Below are positions 51,756 to 61,616 of a DNA stretch of 64,000 nucleotides, in pieces. Source of the stretch: a virus (taxonomy: Duplodnaviria > Caudoviricetes). A program made the translations under genes and the position numbers. The number at the start of each line of letters is the position of its first letter. Within the stretch, counting starts at the first letter, position 1. The notes beneath the pieces are model-generated. The model saw only the letters and a list, made by a program, of their open reading frames with translations. It ran no database searches and was not told where the DNA came from. The DNA is taken from positions 96,001 through 160,000 of the IMG/VR virus record IMGVR_UViG_3300031867_000003; one strand, 5' to 3'.

Positions 51756-53368
51756 TGCTGCGCCTCCTTTCCGGACTGATCCGCGAGGGTACGGCTGCGA
51801 TTCAGCAGTTTTTCCATGTCGGAGTAACTGCTGTCCATGATGTAGGAGCCTTCGTTCCGCTTTTTATTCTTATCGGTGTTGTAACCTTCAGAGCCAAGTT
51901 CTTCGGCTACCGCGCCAATGGTGGTTTTGATATAGGTGTAGGTCGTCCTCTCAGCAGCGAGAGCGCGCCTGCAACATTCCTCCAGGGCAGAGCGGCTGTA
52001 CTTCTTTGTGAAGCCAAGAACGCCCACACAGAGCCTGTAGGTCTGAACTTCCAGCTTCCGGCTCTTCAGGATCCGCTTAATTACTTCCGTAGTGTTGCTG
52101 CCAACTGTGGATGCTTTCCGGATAAAGTAGGTGCTGTTCCATTCCGAAAAATCCTCGTAGTTTTTCGGCAGACGGCTGGAGTCTGTTTTCCATTCGCCTC
52201 TGTAGGTTGCCCGTGGCCATTCGATAATCAGTTCGCCTTCGAGACTGAAGATCTTGACAACGGAGGCAGTTGCACGAATGATGACTTTTTTGTGCAGATA
52301 CGCTTTGTCTACGCTATAATAAGCATTGTCAAAGCGGATGTGGAAGTCGCTTGACACCTTTGCCGTGGCCCTCTCCATGTAATGGTACTGCGTGGAGGGG
52401 AGCGGCATCAGCTCTTCCTTTTCTTCTGCCCAATAGTAGGAGCGGCAATGCTCCTTCTTCTTAAACGGAGCGTCATTCAGCTCATCCAGCTTCTCCCAGA
52501 GGTCTTCATTGAACTGCTCAAGCGAGAAATATCTGCGTTCTTCCAGTTCATGGAAGAACCCTTTCTCGAGAATGCCAACCGCGTTTTCCACAGAAGATTT
52601 GAAACGGGGTTTCCGGACCTTGGCGGGAAGAATCACGGTGTGGTTGTGCTCCGCCCATTCTGCGTAGTCCTGATTCAGTTCCGGCTGTATCCAGTCCTTG
52701 TTTGCGATCACGGCCTGTTTGCAGTTATCGCAAACGACGATAGCGGGAACGCCGCCAAAAGCCTTCAACGCGTTGTTATTGACCTCGATCCACTGCATCT
52801 CCTTTGTGGATTCCATACCCTCAGCGTAGATGTACTGGGAATACGGAAGGATAGCAACAAATACGACGATCGGTGTGATCTCGCCGGTAAGACGGTTGAT
52901 CAGATCAAATGTCTTGCCTGCAAAGTCGACTTCCATCGTCTGGGCGATCACGGCTGTAAAGTGTGCTGTTTCGTAGTTTTCCTCGCACCACTTGCCGAAG
53001 AGCTCACAGAACTGCCGGTACTGGTATGGTTTCTTCTCCTCGGCATTGCAGCGCTTGACATACCGGTCCCAGCACACCTGAAGCGTCATGTTCTTTCTTT
53101 CGTTCATGAGCTTCAGAACCTTCGGGTAGTCGGGGTACTCGTAGCTTTCATCTCGACCGCCTTCGCCCGGCACTTTGCCATACACCTTCATGGCAATTCC
53201 GGCGTTTGTGATCCCGGGCGGGAGTGGGAAGTCCAGATCTTCGCACTTTTCGAATGCGTGGATAAACTTCTGTATCCCGGATTTGCTCATACCGGTTTGC
53301 CGGCTGATTTCTCTCACCGACAACTTGATCACGAAGTATTTGTTGAGAATGTCTCTGTAGTCTAGCAT
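51752..53368 (-). CDS. istA: IS21 transposase IstA
   Basis: N-terminal HTH, MEVDFAG, VCDNCK, PRFKSSVENAV (DDE), FDNAYYSV. Confidence 0.95.
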   Translation of the reverse strand: MLDYRDILNKYFVIKLSVREISRQTGMSKSGIQKFIHAFEKCEDLDFPLPPGITNAGIAMKVYGKVPGEGGRDESYEYPDYPKVLKLMNERKNMTLQVCWDRYVKRCNAEEKKPYQYRQFCELFGKWCEENYETAHFTAVIAQTMEVDFAGKTFDLINRLTGEITPIVVFVAILPYSQYIYAEGMESTKEMQWIEVNNNALKAFGGVPAIVVCDNCKQAVIANKDWIQPELNQDYAEWAEHNHTVILPAKVRKPRFKSSVENAVGILEKGFFHELEERRYFSLEQFNEDLWEKLDELNDAPFKKKEHCRSYYWAEEKEELMPLPSTQYHYMERATAKVSSDFHIRFDNAYYSVDKAYLHKKVIIRATASVVKIFSLEGELIIEWPRATYRGEWKTDSSRLPKNYEDFSEWNSTYFIRKASTVGSNTTEVIKRILKSRKLEVQTYRLCVGVLGFTKKYSRSALEECCRRALAAERTTYTYIKTTIGAVAEELGSEGYNTDKNKKRNEGSYIMDSSYSDMEKLLNRSRTLADQSGKEAQQ

Positions 53369-53703
53369 AGGCTACCTCCTAATAAGAATCTCCATCGCTA
53401 TAGGTGGGCGTTCTCATTATAGGAGATAACGGTATTCAAAACTCAATAAACCCGGCCACTCGCTCCGCTCCGTGGCCACTTACGGCCGCATAAGCGGCCA
53501 CTGGGATCCGCCGTATGCAATATAATTCATAAGCACTATATCTGCGATATCTTTATCATATGTTTTAGTAGCCAATTCAATATTAGTTACAATTTCCCAT
53601 TTATGGTCATGTAATGAACGTAGATATACAGTTTTTCCTTCTGCATCAATGGAGGCTATTACATATTTATTTATAGTTTTTTCCAATTGCTTTCTCATAA
53701 TAT

Positions 53704-54837
53704 TTATTTCCTTTTAATTCCTTTATTATTTATTAGTTTTAAATTATCAATAACATAGTCAATGTCTGATTGTGTCGTTTCATAATCTAGTGAAAATCGA
53801 ATAGAAGCGTTTGCATCATCATCCGATAAACCGATCGCTTTCAGCACGTATGACGGTTCATCGGAATCTGAATTACATGCGGATCCGGTAGAAACATAAA
53901 TTCCACTCATATCTAACATTCGCAGTATCTGTTCTCCTCGACATCCCTTAAAACACACATTTAAATTTCCCGGTAATCGATTATTAAAATCTCCATTAAT
54001 AACTACGTTGTCGAATTCCTCTAAAAGCTTATTAGCAAAATAATTCCTTAAATAAAGAATGTTTGCCGTATCTTTTGAATTATTTAAATTCACAATTATA
54101 TCAGCAATGCAACCAAAACCAACAATTGCCGGCACATTTTCAGTGCCAGAACGCTTGCCAAATTCTTGTCCTCCACCATAAATAAGTGGTGATATATCTA
54201 TCCCGTTTTTCACATATAGGAATCCTATTCCTTTCGGACCATGAACTTTATGAGCACTTACACTCATCATGTCAATATTAAGTTTATTTACATCAATGGG
54301 AATATGACCATATGCCTGAACCGCGTCGGTGTGGAAGATTATATTATTTTGATGAGCAATTTCTCCAATTTCTCTTATTGGCTGAATAGTACCGATTTCA
54401 TTATTGGCACTCATTATAGATATTAGTTTTGTGTTAGGAGTTATGGCATTTTCTACATCTTTAGGATTGACTATTCCACCATTATCAACCCCTATATATG
54501 TTACGTTAACACCTTTTTTCTCAAGTGCCCAGCACTTATTTAAAATAGCATGATGCTCTATTACACTAGTTATTAAATGATCGCCAGGTTCGAGAATACT
54601 CAATGCCCAGTTATCACTTTCTGTACCCCCGAACGTAAAATATATTTCTTCGGGAAAACAACTAATTGTTTTTGATAAATTCTCCCTAGAAACATTTACA
54701 AGTTCTTTAGCTGCATTTCCGACCATATGAGTAGAAGAGGGATTACCATAATATCTAGAATATACACTGTACATTTCCTCTATTACTCCTTGATATGGTT
54801 TTGTTGTAGCCGCGTTATCTAAATATACTTCTCGCAT
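53704..54837 (-). CDS. iscS: Cysteine desulfurase (IscS/NifS family, PLP-dependent)
   Basis: YLDNAATT, GNPSS, HTDAVQ, SAHKVHGPKGIG, RSGTENV and STGSAC motifs; AAGGAG RBS before MREVY. Confidence 0.92.
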   Translation of the reverse strand: MREVYLDNAATTKPYQGVIEEMYSVYSRYYGNPSSTHMVGNAAKELVNVSRENLSKTISCFPEEIYFTFGGTESDNWALSILEPGDHLITSVIEHHAILNKCWALEKKGVNVTYIGVDNGGIVNPKDVENAITPNTKLISIMSANNEIGTIQPIREIGEIAHQNNIIFHTDAVQAYGHIPIDVNKLNIDMMSVSAHKVHGPKGIGFLYVKNGIDISPLIYGGGQEFGKRSGTENVPAIVGFGCIADIIVNLNNSKDTANILYLRNYFANKLLEEFDNVVINGDFNNRLPGNLNVCFKGCRGEQILRMLDMSGIYVSTGSACNSDSDEPSYVLKAIGLSDDDANASIRFSLDYETTQSDIDYVIDNLKLINNKGIKRK

Positions 54838-54847
54838 AGTATTCTCC

Positions 54848-55084
54848 TTACGTAAGTTCATGCTTACACCATAAATCAAAATATTTCTTGCTCTGCTCCC
54901 GATTAAAAATAAAACATAATATCGGGTCTCCTGTGTTAAAATCCACGCTTATATACAAATCAAGAAGTTCACATCCATGTTTTAAATATAAAGTGGCTTG
55001 TCTTACATTAACTATGCGGACGCCGTCCTATGGATAATAATCTTTTCCCGTTATATCTGAATGAATATCATTAATGTCTCTCAT
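54848..55084 (-). CDS. Hypothetical protein (78 aa, one TAG)
   Basis: AAAGG RBS; MRDINDIHSDITGKDYYP*DGVRIVN...FDLWCKHELT; missed by the ORF track. Confidence 0.7.
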
Positions 55085-55112
55085 ACCTTTTATTCCTTCC
55101 TTAAAAAATCGT

Positions 55113-55156
55113 AAAAAAAGGGGACAACCACAAAACGAATGTGTAGTCGTCCCCTA
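55113..55156 (-). terminator. Rho-independent terminator
   Basis: AGGGGACGACTAC...GTGGTTGTCCCC followed by a T run. Confidence 0.7.
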
Positions 55157-55211
55157 ATATGTGATCCGGTCATGCCGGTTCACTCCGTATCTTATAATCA
55201 CATTCACTAAT

Positions 55212-55691
55212 TTATTTTGCCGCAAATTTTGGCTTAATCTTCTTATTCTGATAACTCTTATTTTGGTTATCATTCAGAGGTTTATTATCTTCAATAGTCT
55301 TATCGCCATCCGAAGATATCTCAGCTTCTTCATGTTTCACATCTGAGACTTCGGGATTAACTTCCGGTGTCTCATTTTTTAACGCTGACATAATTGCCTT
55401 GGCATTAGTAGTATCAATCTGCTGAAGCTGATTAATCGCGTCTTTCACCCAATCCGGAAGCTTCTCAACATACTCTTTATCAAGCGTAAGTTCGCTAAGT
55501 CTAGCAGCTTCAATTTCCGGCTTAAGCCAATGATTTAAAAATCCAGCAGTAATATTGTAAATCTCTTTACATCTTTCAGAACAATATGCGTCCATCCAAC
55601 GCGGTAATCTATCAAAGTCTGAGCAATTAGGGCAATACTGATATGTCGAAGAGCAAATAGTACACTGCCTTTCAAATTTCTTTTTTGCCAT
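55212..55691 (-). CDS. Hypothetical Cys-rich (zinc-binding) protein
   Basis: AAGGAGG RBS; CxxC-CxxC-CxxxC cluster at the N-terminus. Confidence 0.7.
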   Translation of the reverse strand: MAKKKFERQCTICSSTYQYCPNCSDFDRLPRWMDAYCSERCKEIYNITAGFLNHWLKPEIEAARLSELTLDKEYVEKLPDWVKDAINQLQQIDTTNAKAIMSALKNETPEVNPEVSDVKHEEAEISSDGDKTIEDNKPLNDNQNKSYQNKKIKPKFAAK

Positions 55692-55879
55692 TGTCGTTTC
55701 CTCCTTAGTAATCATAATTTTTCACTATATATAAAACGGATTATAAATACCGTATTCTTTTCAATATTAAATAAAATAACGAATGTATGATTTAGTGCTT
55801 GATAATTAATTTAAAATGTTTTTTGAATAGAGCCGCCGGATTTGACCCCGGCGACCCCAGATTATTTATAAATAATAAA

Positions 55880-57098
55880 TTATTCGTCTTCCTCGTCATC
55901 TTCAACAACATAGATGCTATAAAGTCTCTTATCAGCGTCGCAGTAAGAAACCTGAAGCTGTCCATTAAAGTCGATAGTTTGGTTGTCGGAACTCAGTGAC
56001 ACTTCGCTTTCCGGCGATACCTGGAAGGACGGAATGTCGATATATGCTGCACGAAGTGTATCTGCGGAGCAAGGATCGACACAAAGAACCTTGAGAATAA
56101 GACGGATAGTTCCCGGGAACTTATCAGCTTTATTAATCATCTCAACAGCACCAGCTGTTGCGGCTGTGCCGTCAAGTTCACGATCATAACGAATCATGTA
56201 CTGAGTATAATCGTTGCTAAGCGGAAGAGTAAGAACTCCCGTCCCATCATCATAAGTAAACGTAGAAGCTGTAGCACTACCACCAGTCTGGAATGCAGTA
56301 CCAAGAGTACCGTTGTTCTCCATGCCATATACCTTCGGAGTGCCGGTTACATATTTAAGAGTAACTGTCGGACCATTAGATGCCTTAGCAATTGTGATAC
56401 CAGGTGCGGTAATTTTATGATTTGCAGTAGCCTCAATTTTACCGGAACCCGCTTCAGAACCAAGAATATTAAGATTAATGAAAGCGTTAGTTGCGGTAAA
56501 CTCACCAGTTTTTGCTCTCCAGAAACGTTTCACGAGGTTGCCGTCTTTATCGGTAACATCATTAGATTCTGCGGTAATATTAAGAGTAGCTTCCTAAAGC
56601 TAGGTGAGTGTATAGAGAACGTTGCCGTCAAAGTCTTCAGCAGTTGCGACCTGGATACGGTCAATAATCAAATCCTAGTTTTCTTAAAAAGAAAAATGTT
56701 CACATGGGGTCGCTAGTCCCATGTAGTTCTCAAATGAACTTCTTATTGTTTCCAATAAGTACAGACTATATCTTATTCTACAGCATTACCTGTTTAGACC
56801 TAACCATTTCGAGAGTCAATAGCTTACTCCCTACTTTCTCTTATGAGAAATAGTCGTTGAACCTTACCTTACGGTCTTGGCTGCTGATTGCCCATTGTTA
56901 ACGGTACTTAGGATTTAACCATATACCATATAGTAATTTTTTTCTACTTTCGTAGCTCTCACGTATATATCTATTAGATATTGCGTTGTAGCTTCACTAT
57001 CTTTAGGGGTTCCCAGCAATTAGATTAGTTATTATAATTATGACATATACATATTTCTATATATGCTGACTAGATTATTAATCAAGCTTGAATGCCAT
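55880..57098 (-). CDS. Major tail tube protein (270 aa after splicing; exons 57098-57081 and 56674-55880)
   Basis: AAAGGAG RBS; spliced MAFKLD-DLIIDRIQVATAEDFDGNVLYTLT*L*EATLNITAES...; position after neck genes; followed by a GC-rich hairpin. Confidence 0.8.
56675..57080 (-). ncRNA. Group I intron in the tail tube gene (406 nt, ORF-less)
   Basis: P1 UGAU/UA..UAGUCA; core AAUUGCUGGGAA, AAUCAGCAGCC, GGUUCAACGACUA, GAUAUAGUCUG; terminal G. Confidence 0.9.
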
Positions 57099-57169
57099 AA
57101 TACATTTCTCCTTTCATAATATTTTTTATCATTTTATTGTATTAACCGATTATTTCGGGTTATACCAAG

Positions 57170-57964
57170 TTATTTATTATCACTATTTAAATCTCTCATA
57201 AAATTAAATGATTCCTTTGGAACTTTAGACATGTCCGCAAATCCACTCATACTACCGGCTAACAGCGCCCGTGTATTTTCATAGATTTGTAAACGCTGCA
57301 CAGAATCCATAAACACAACATAGTTAATATCCTTAAGCTACTCAAGATTGTACTTAAACCCGGGATGATTAATGCATGCAGAAACTAACGGCAACAATGC
57401 GGAAGTAGGAGCATCCCCATCTTTTTTTTGACGAGCCAAATTCTGCTCATCCTCCCAAATAATTGCCTCCTTCGTCGCTTTACCTTTGGCTTTTTCAACC
57501 TTAGGATGAATGTTGAAAGCAGTGCGATAATACTCTGAAATTGTAGTATAATCCTCTTCGCTAATTTCTATATCATCTGCGGCATCATAAAGAGTTACTA
57601 CCTATGAATCAACCAGATTACCATCTTCATCCTCTTGCTAAACATTTTTGGCATATAAGTCGAATTTCTCCCAGTCTATGTCTCCAAATAATAATTTTGT
57701 AACCTCAGGAGTTTGACCTTTATACAACATAAGGAATAACTGATAATCTGTTATTTTATTCCAATCAACGCCAGCATTCCAAAGTTGAAGCCGATATGTC
57801 GTTGGATTACTGACCCATATATTTAGCGAACTGTAAAATGAAATGTCCGCATCAGGCAAATAAAGGATGTCACCAATTGTCGGAATATATAGTGTCATAC
57901 CATTGCCGACTTCATACGGTAGTCCAAAATACATTTTTAATGGGTTGAATTTAAACTCGCCCAT
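57170..57964 (-). CDS. Conserved tail-region protein (264 aa, TAG=Gln)
   Basis: ORF 57638.. continues through TAGs to ...SKVPKESFNFMRDLNSDNK TAA. Confidence 0.75.
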
Positions 57965-57965
57965 A

Positions 57966-58532
57966 TTAACCACCTATTTTATTTACTACACGCGAAACAT
58001 TGTCTTTGGTTTTAACAATGTCTTTGCCCATAACCATTTCGAACGTTATAGTGCGAGTAGCATAGTCATTATCCGTAACAGACGGCAAATCCGACAGCAC
58101 ATGACATTGTGTTCCAAATTTATTTGTCCAATTAAATAAATGTTTTATTCTGGCAGCAATTAAATCGTGACGAGCAATACCGGTAAGTTTTTCAATACCG
58201 TTCTTTTCTTCACAAAGTATATAGAAAATAATATCTACATACATAAGACTGTCATTGTATCGAGGGGTTTCTTTAAATTGCACCTCATAACAAATAAAAT
58301 TCTACACATTGTGCTGAGTAGGATGAATCATGTAGTACGGAAGTATATTAACATCTAAATAATCGCTTGGGTCTGCATTCTCATCCTCAAGTTCCTTGTT
58401 GTTTAATAAATAAATAATCAAAGGATCATCTATGAGAGTTTTTTTAATAATTTCTTTAAAACGAATATTATTATCATCCATTGTAATCTTATAGGCACGA
58501 AGTTCCTGAAGTTGTTCAGTTGTTAATTCCAT
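57966..58532 (-). CDS. Putative tail terminator/completion protein (188 aa)
   Basis: ORFs 58302..58532 and 57966..58283 are joined by one TAG (HNV*NFICYEV); synteny. Confidence 0.65.
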
Positions 58533-58545
58533 AACTCATACCTCC

Positions 58546-61282
58546 TTACAACGCAATGATTTCAATTGGCAACGAAGCAATTATATCTTCGCCGTCAACT
58601 TTATATGTTACAGTAAGTATTTTGCCGATATACGAATCGTCTCCCAAGAACTTAACCTTAACATGATTATCTATTACAGATAACGTCAGCAATTCTTGTG
58701 GAACAGAATTCCCGTCTATAGAAAATTCCCAAGTACCGGGAAGTGTATCTATCGACGTACCGTCTTCGTCGGCAAATACCACGGTGAATGTTTTGGCAGA
58801 GCCGCCTATACGAATCTGCTGTTTACCTGAGCATGTAATTGTAGTAGTGGTAGTGGGAGTTGGGATAATATCATCTACCGGAACAGCCGGAGTAGGTTCT
58901 ACTTCACTAGCTTTCCAATCCGCCCACCAAGCAACTACATTGCCATCAACATCATAATCAGCTTTAAGTGTATGTTGATTAGCAAGATCTTGCGCACAAG
59001 TAAAAATCGCAATTCCTTTAGAATTTGAACGATTTATTTTACTAATCTAAAATACGCGAGGTTCTGTTAATACGTTGGCATCTATCACCAAGTAAGTGTT
59101 ATAATATAAATGTTCCGTATCACGATTTAACGGAAGACAGAACTAGGTCTAGTCTTCTGGTTGCTAAAATTTATACATATACGTTACTTTATCAAGTCGT
59201 TAATTTGATAAAGAATTATTTAATTCATTTAAAAAAGCCAAATACTTAGAATGTTTTCTTTCTAAATATCTATTCGCATCATAGTATAACCAATCCATGA
59301 TTTTTATTACATTCTTTTTGCTTAATGTTTGAAGAACGGATGTAATATCATTTTCCTCTGGATGAGCGAGTTGAAGACTTAAATTTACACCTAATTTATT
59401 TTGAAATATTTTATTAACACTATTACAAAAATCAAATGTAGATATTATCTTAAATCCACACCTTAAAAGCCCATTATCTTGAAACGTATAAAAACTTCCG
59501 TCCCCGTCAAAATAACCCCTTATAAAATGTGAATGTAAAAAATCTGGAATGTCTGGGAACGTCAACATCAAACTTTTGTTTTGAACCATTCCTTGCTCTA
59601 CTAAAGAATTTGATAAATGTTTACTTGATAGTTCTAAGCATATCTATGGTTTAACATTATCAGCTTTTATTAATCTATCTCCAATATACGAATCTCTTTT
59701 AATAATTTGTCGCAGTGGTCTATTAGATCCTATATCTTCACTAAATTTTTCTATTATTTCACGATCATCAATTTGTAAGTCTAAATGTATCGCATTCCTA
59801 GGAACATTATTACAACCATCCGCATACAATAATCCCAAGTAATATGCCTTATCTTGGGTATCTATTATATCAAAATACTCTTCATTTAATGAATATTTTC
59901 TACGACCAGGATTCTTTATTCCTAGATTAATAAATAATTCAGATATAAATCTCTAGCTAACATTATTTTCTTCAGATAATTTTTTAATAGATTTCCCAGA
60001 CTTATATTCATCGATATGGTTATCAATATTCTCCAAAAACAATTTTCTATTGTATTTTGCATCTTTATTATACATATAATTAATCCTCCTTCAAAAGATA
60101 TAATGTATGCTATAATAAAAACAGTAATTTTTATGTTGAAGGCATAAAAAAACGGTTTGCAACCCGCTGTCCTGTTTTTATTCAAAATGATTAAATAATT
60201 TTTCTTATACTTTCATATAAGATCGGACTATATCTTTAACCGCAATTGCGGTTACTTCCCACTGGACTTACTTGAGCCACTTAGTCTCTGAACTTTACCC
60301 TCATCAAGTCTTAGCTGCTGATTATCCAATATAATATATTTTTTGACTATCACGCTTAGATGTATCTCATTATTACGTTGTAGTTATACTATCTCTAAGG
60401 AAGTTCCAGCAATTCAAGAAGTTTTCATCGTATTATTACTAATACGTGCGACTATTTCTAATCGAGCCATAATCCACTCATTATGTTATCATAAGGCTTT
60501 TTATCCTTATCTCTTACTGTCGCCAGTAAGATCAGCATATGTTTTCTCCATATCATTAACTTGACTTAGGAGTCGGACACTCGTGGGAATATTATATTTA
60601 TTCAATTCCTATGCGTTACAATACTTCGCAGCCTTTCGCTATCTGCGAAGTTATCTCGGCGTTGTCTACGAGAGAGTTCCACCGATTTTGCCCGATTTTC
60701 ACTCATAAGTTTCCTTATAAGGCAACAATTTTTATTGTAAGAATTTTGGCTCCTGCTGACCCCAGGGAACTCATAATATTTCCCATCTTTAATCCAGCGG
60801 AACACTTCGTCACAACGAAGTACTTCCCAAGTCGGAAACATATTTTCATCCCGGTCAGCTGTAGCAACCACTAACCATCTACGGTATATGTCATCTTCTC
60901 CCTTTAGCCAAACATAAAGACCAACTGGATATCTAGCTCTATACCGCTTACCAAACACTTCTTCGTAATAATCAACACCGCACTCATGACCTGGTCTAAA
61001 CTAAATATGCATAGTCTATTCATCTTTTTGAAATGTCTTAGAACTATGTGCAATAAATTTCACATCTATAGGGGTTGGATTTGTATCCTCTTCCGGGTTA
61101 AATCCTTCAAGACGAAGTCTATTCTGCGGCGCGGTATGGTAGTAATCGAAGAAATATCCAACCTAATACTAAACATCCTATGCAAACGTAGCATCCATGA
61201 TTACATCACTTTGCTACTTCCTCGCCCTCCCCGGTACACTAATATTATTGTGCATTGCCTAAAAATCTCTGTAGGTAATCAT
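58546..61282 (-). CDS. Putative head-closure/neck protein (398 aa after splicing; exons 61282-60734, 60478-60461, 59175-58546)
   Basis: Spliced GVSRSQNSYN-SGLWLD-YKF*QPED*T*FCLPLNRDTE; many TAGs; exon lengths 549+18+630. Confidence 0.78.
59200..60075 (-). CDS. Intron-encoded double-motif LAGLIDADG homing endonuclease (291 aa, two TAG=Gln)
   Basis: KAYYLGLLYADG and FIRGYFDGDG motifs in one frame; AAGGAGG RBS. Confidence 0.88.
60085..60182 (-). promoter_or_regulatory. Structured leader RNA (three-way junction with anti-RBS loop) before the LAGLIDADG ORF
   Basis: Outer stem AAUAAAAACAG/CUGUUUUUAUU, hairpin GCGG-GUUGCAAA-CCGU, hairpin UUUUUAUG-CCUUCAA-CAUAAAAA; loop is complementary to UUGAAGG of the RBS. 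Confidence 0.65.
60479..60733 (-). ncRNA. Compact group I intron (255 nt, ORF-less, different subtype)
   Basis: P1 CAAU/AA-AAA-UUGUUG; core AAAUCGGUGGAA, AACGCCGAG, GUAACGCAUA, CAUAUGCUG; terminal G before SGLWLD. Confidence 0.82.
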
Positions 61283-61283
61283 A

Positions 61284-61616
61284 TCAATCACCTTCCTTTA
61301 TTTTCATAATCTCCGCACCGGCATCGAGGATAAGCTTTCGGTAATTTTTAAAATCAAAACTTTCACTTAAATATTCGGATTTTGCCGACTCAAGGATACT
61401 CATTGTAAGCACCAGTTCCGGCGGTTCACACAAAATACCATTTAAACCATTTAATTTATATTGTAAGCTATGGAATGCCTCCACAACATCAATATCTGGA
61501 TATTCTTCCTTTGTATTCGGATCTACATAAAGCAACAGGAAGAAAATTGCCTTACGCAAAGAAATTTTAGTAGAATGAATCTGGGCAGAAGAGTAGTGAC
61601 CATACCGAGTTTTCAT
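61284..61616 (-). CDS. Hypothetical protein in the head-tail module
   Basis: Intact ORF, ATGA overlap with the upstream gene. Confidence 0.7.
   Translation of the reverse strand: MKTRYGHYSSAQIHSTKISLRKAIFFLLLYVDPNTKEEYPDIDVVEAFHSLQYKLNGLNGILCEPPELVLTMSILESAKSEYLSESFDFKNYRKLILDAGAEIMKIKEGD

Larger units (their letters stand above)
50939..53519 (-). mobile_element. IS21-family insertion sequence (2581 bp)
   Basis: TG...CA ends, imperfect IRs with multiple AGTGGCC repeats, 6-bp target duplication ATATAA (50933-50938 and 53520-53525), istA-istB pair, visibly higher GC than the flanks. Confidence 0.95.
50857..53698 (-). pseudogene. Small phage gene disrupted by IS21
   Basis: Removing the IS and one ATATAA copy restores ...DIVLMNY-MEDFQTNTEFVVIPLTIEYYLVDES*. 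Confidence 0.8.
59176..60460 (-). ncRNA. Group I intron with LAGLIDADG ORF (1285 nt)
   Basis: P1 CGAU/UA-GAAA-UAGUCG; core GAAUUGCUGGAAC, AAUCAGCAGC, GUUCAGAGACUA, GAUAUAGUCCG; ORF lies 3' of the core; terminal G. Confidence 0.9.

Noticed and set aside
60602-60733. C-terminal tails of ORFs 60602..60958, 38222..38452, 30236..30454 and 27058..27420
   Set aside because: These are run-ons into intron sequence, not real protein ends.
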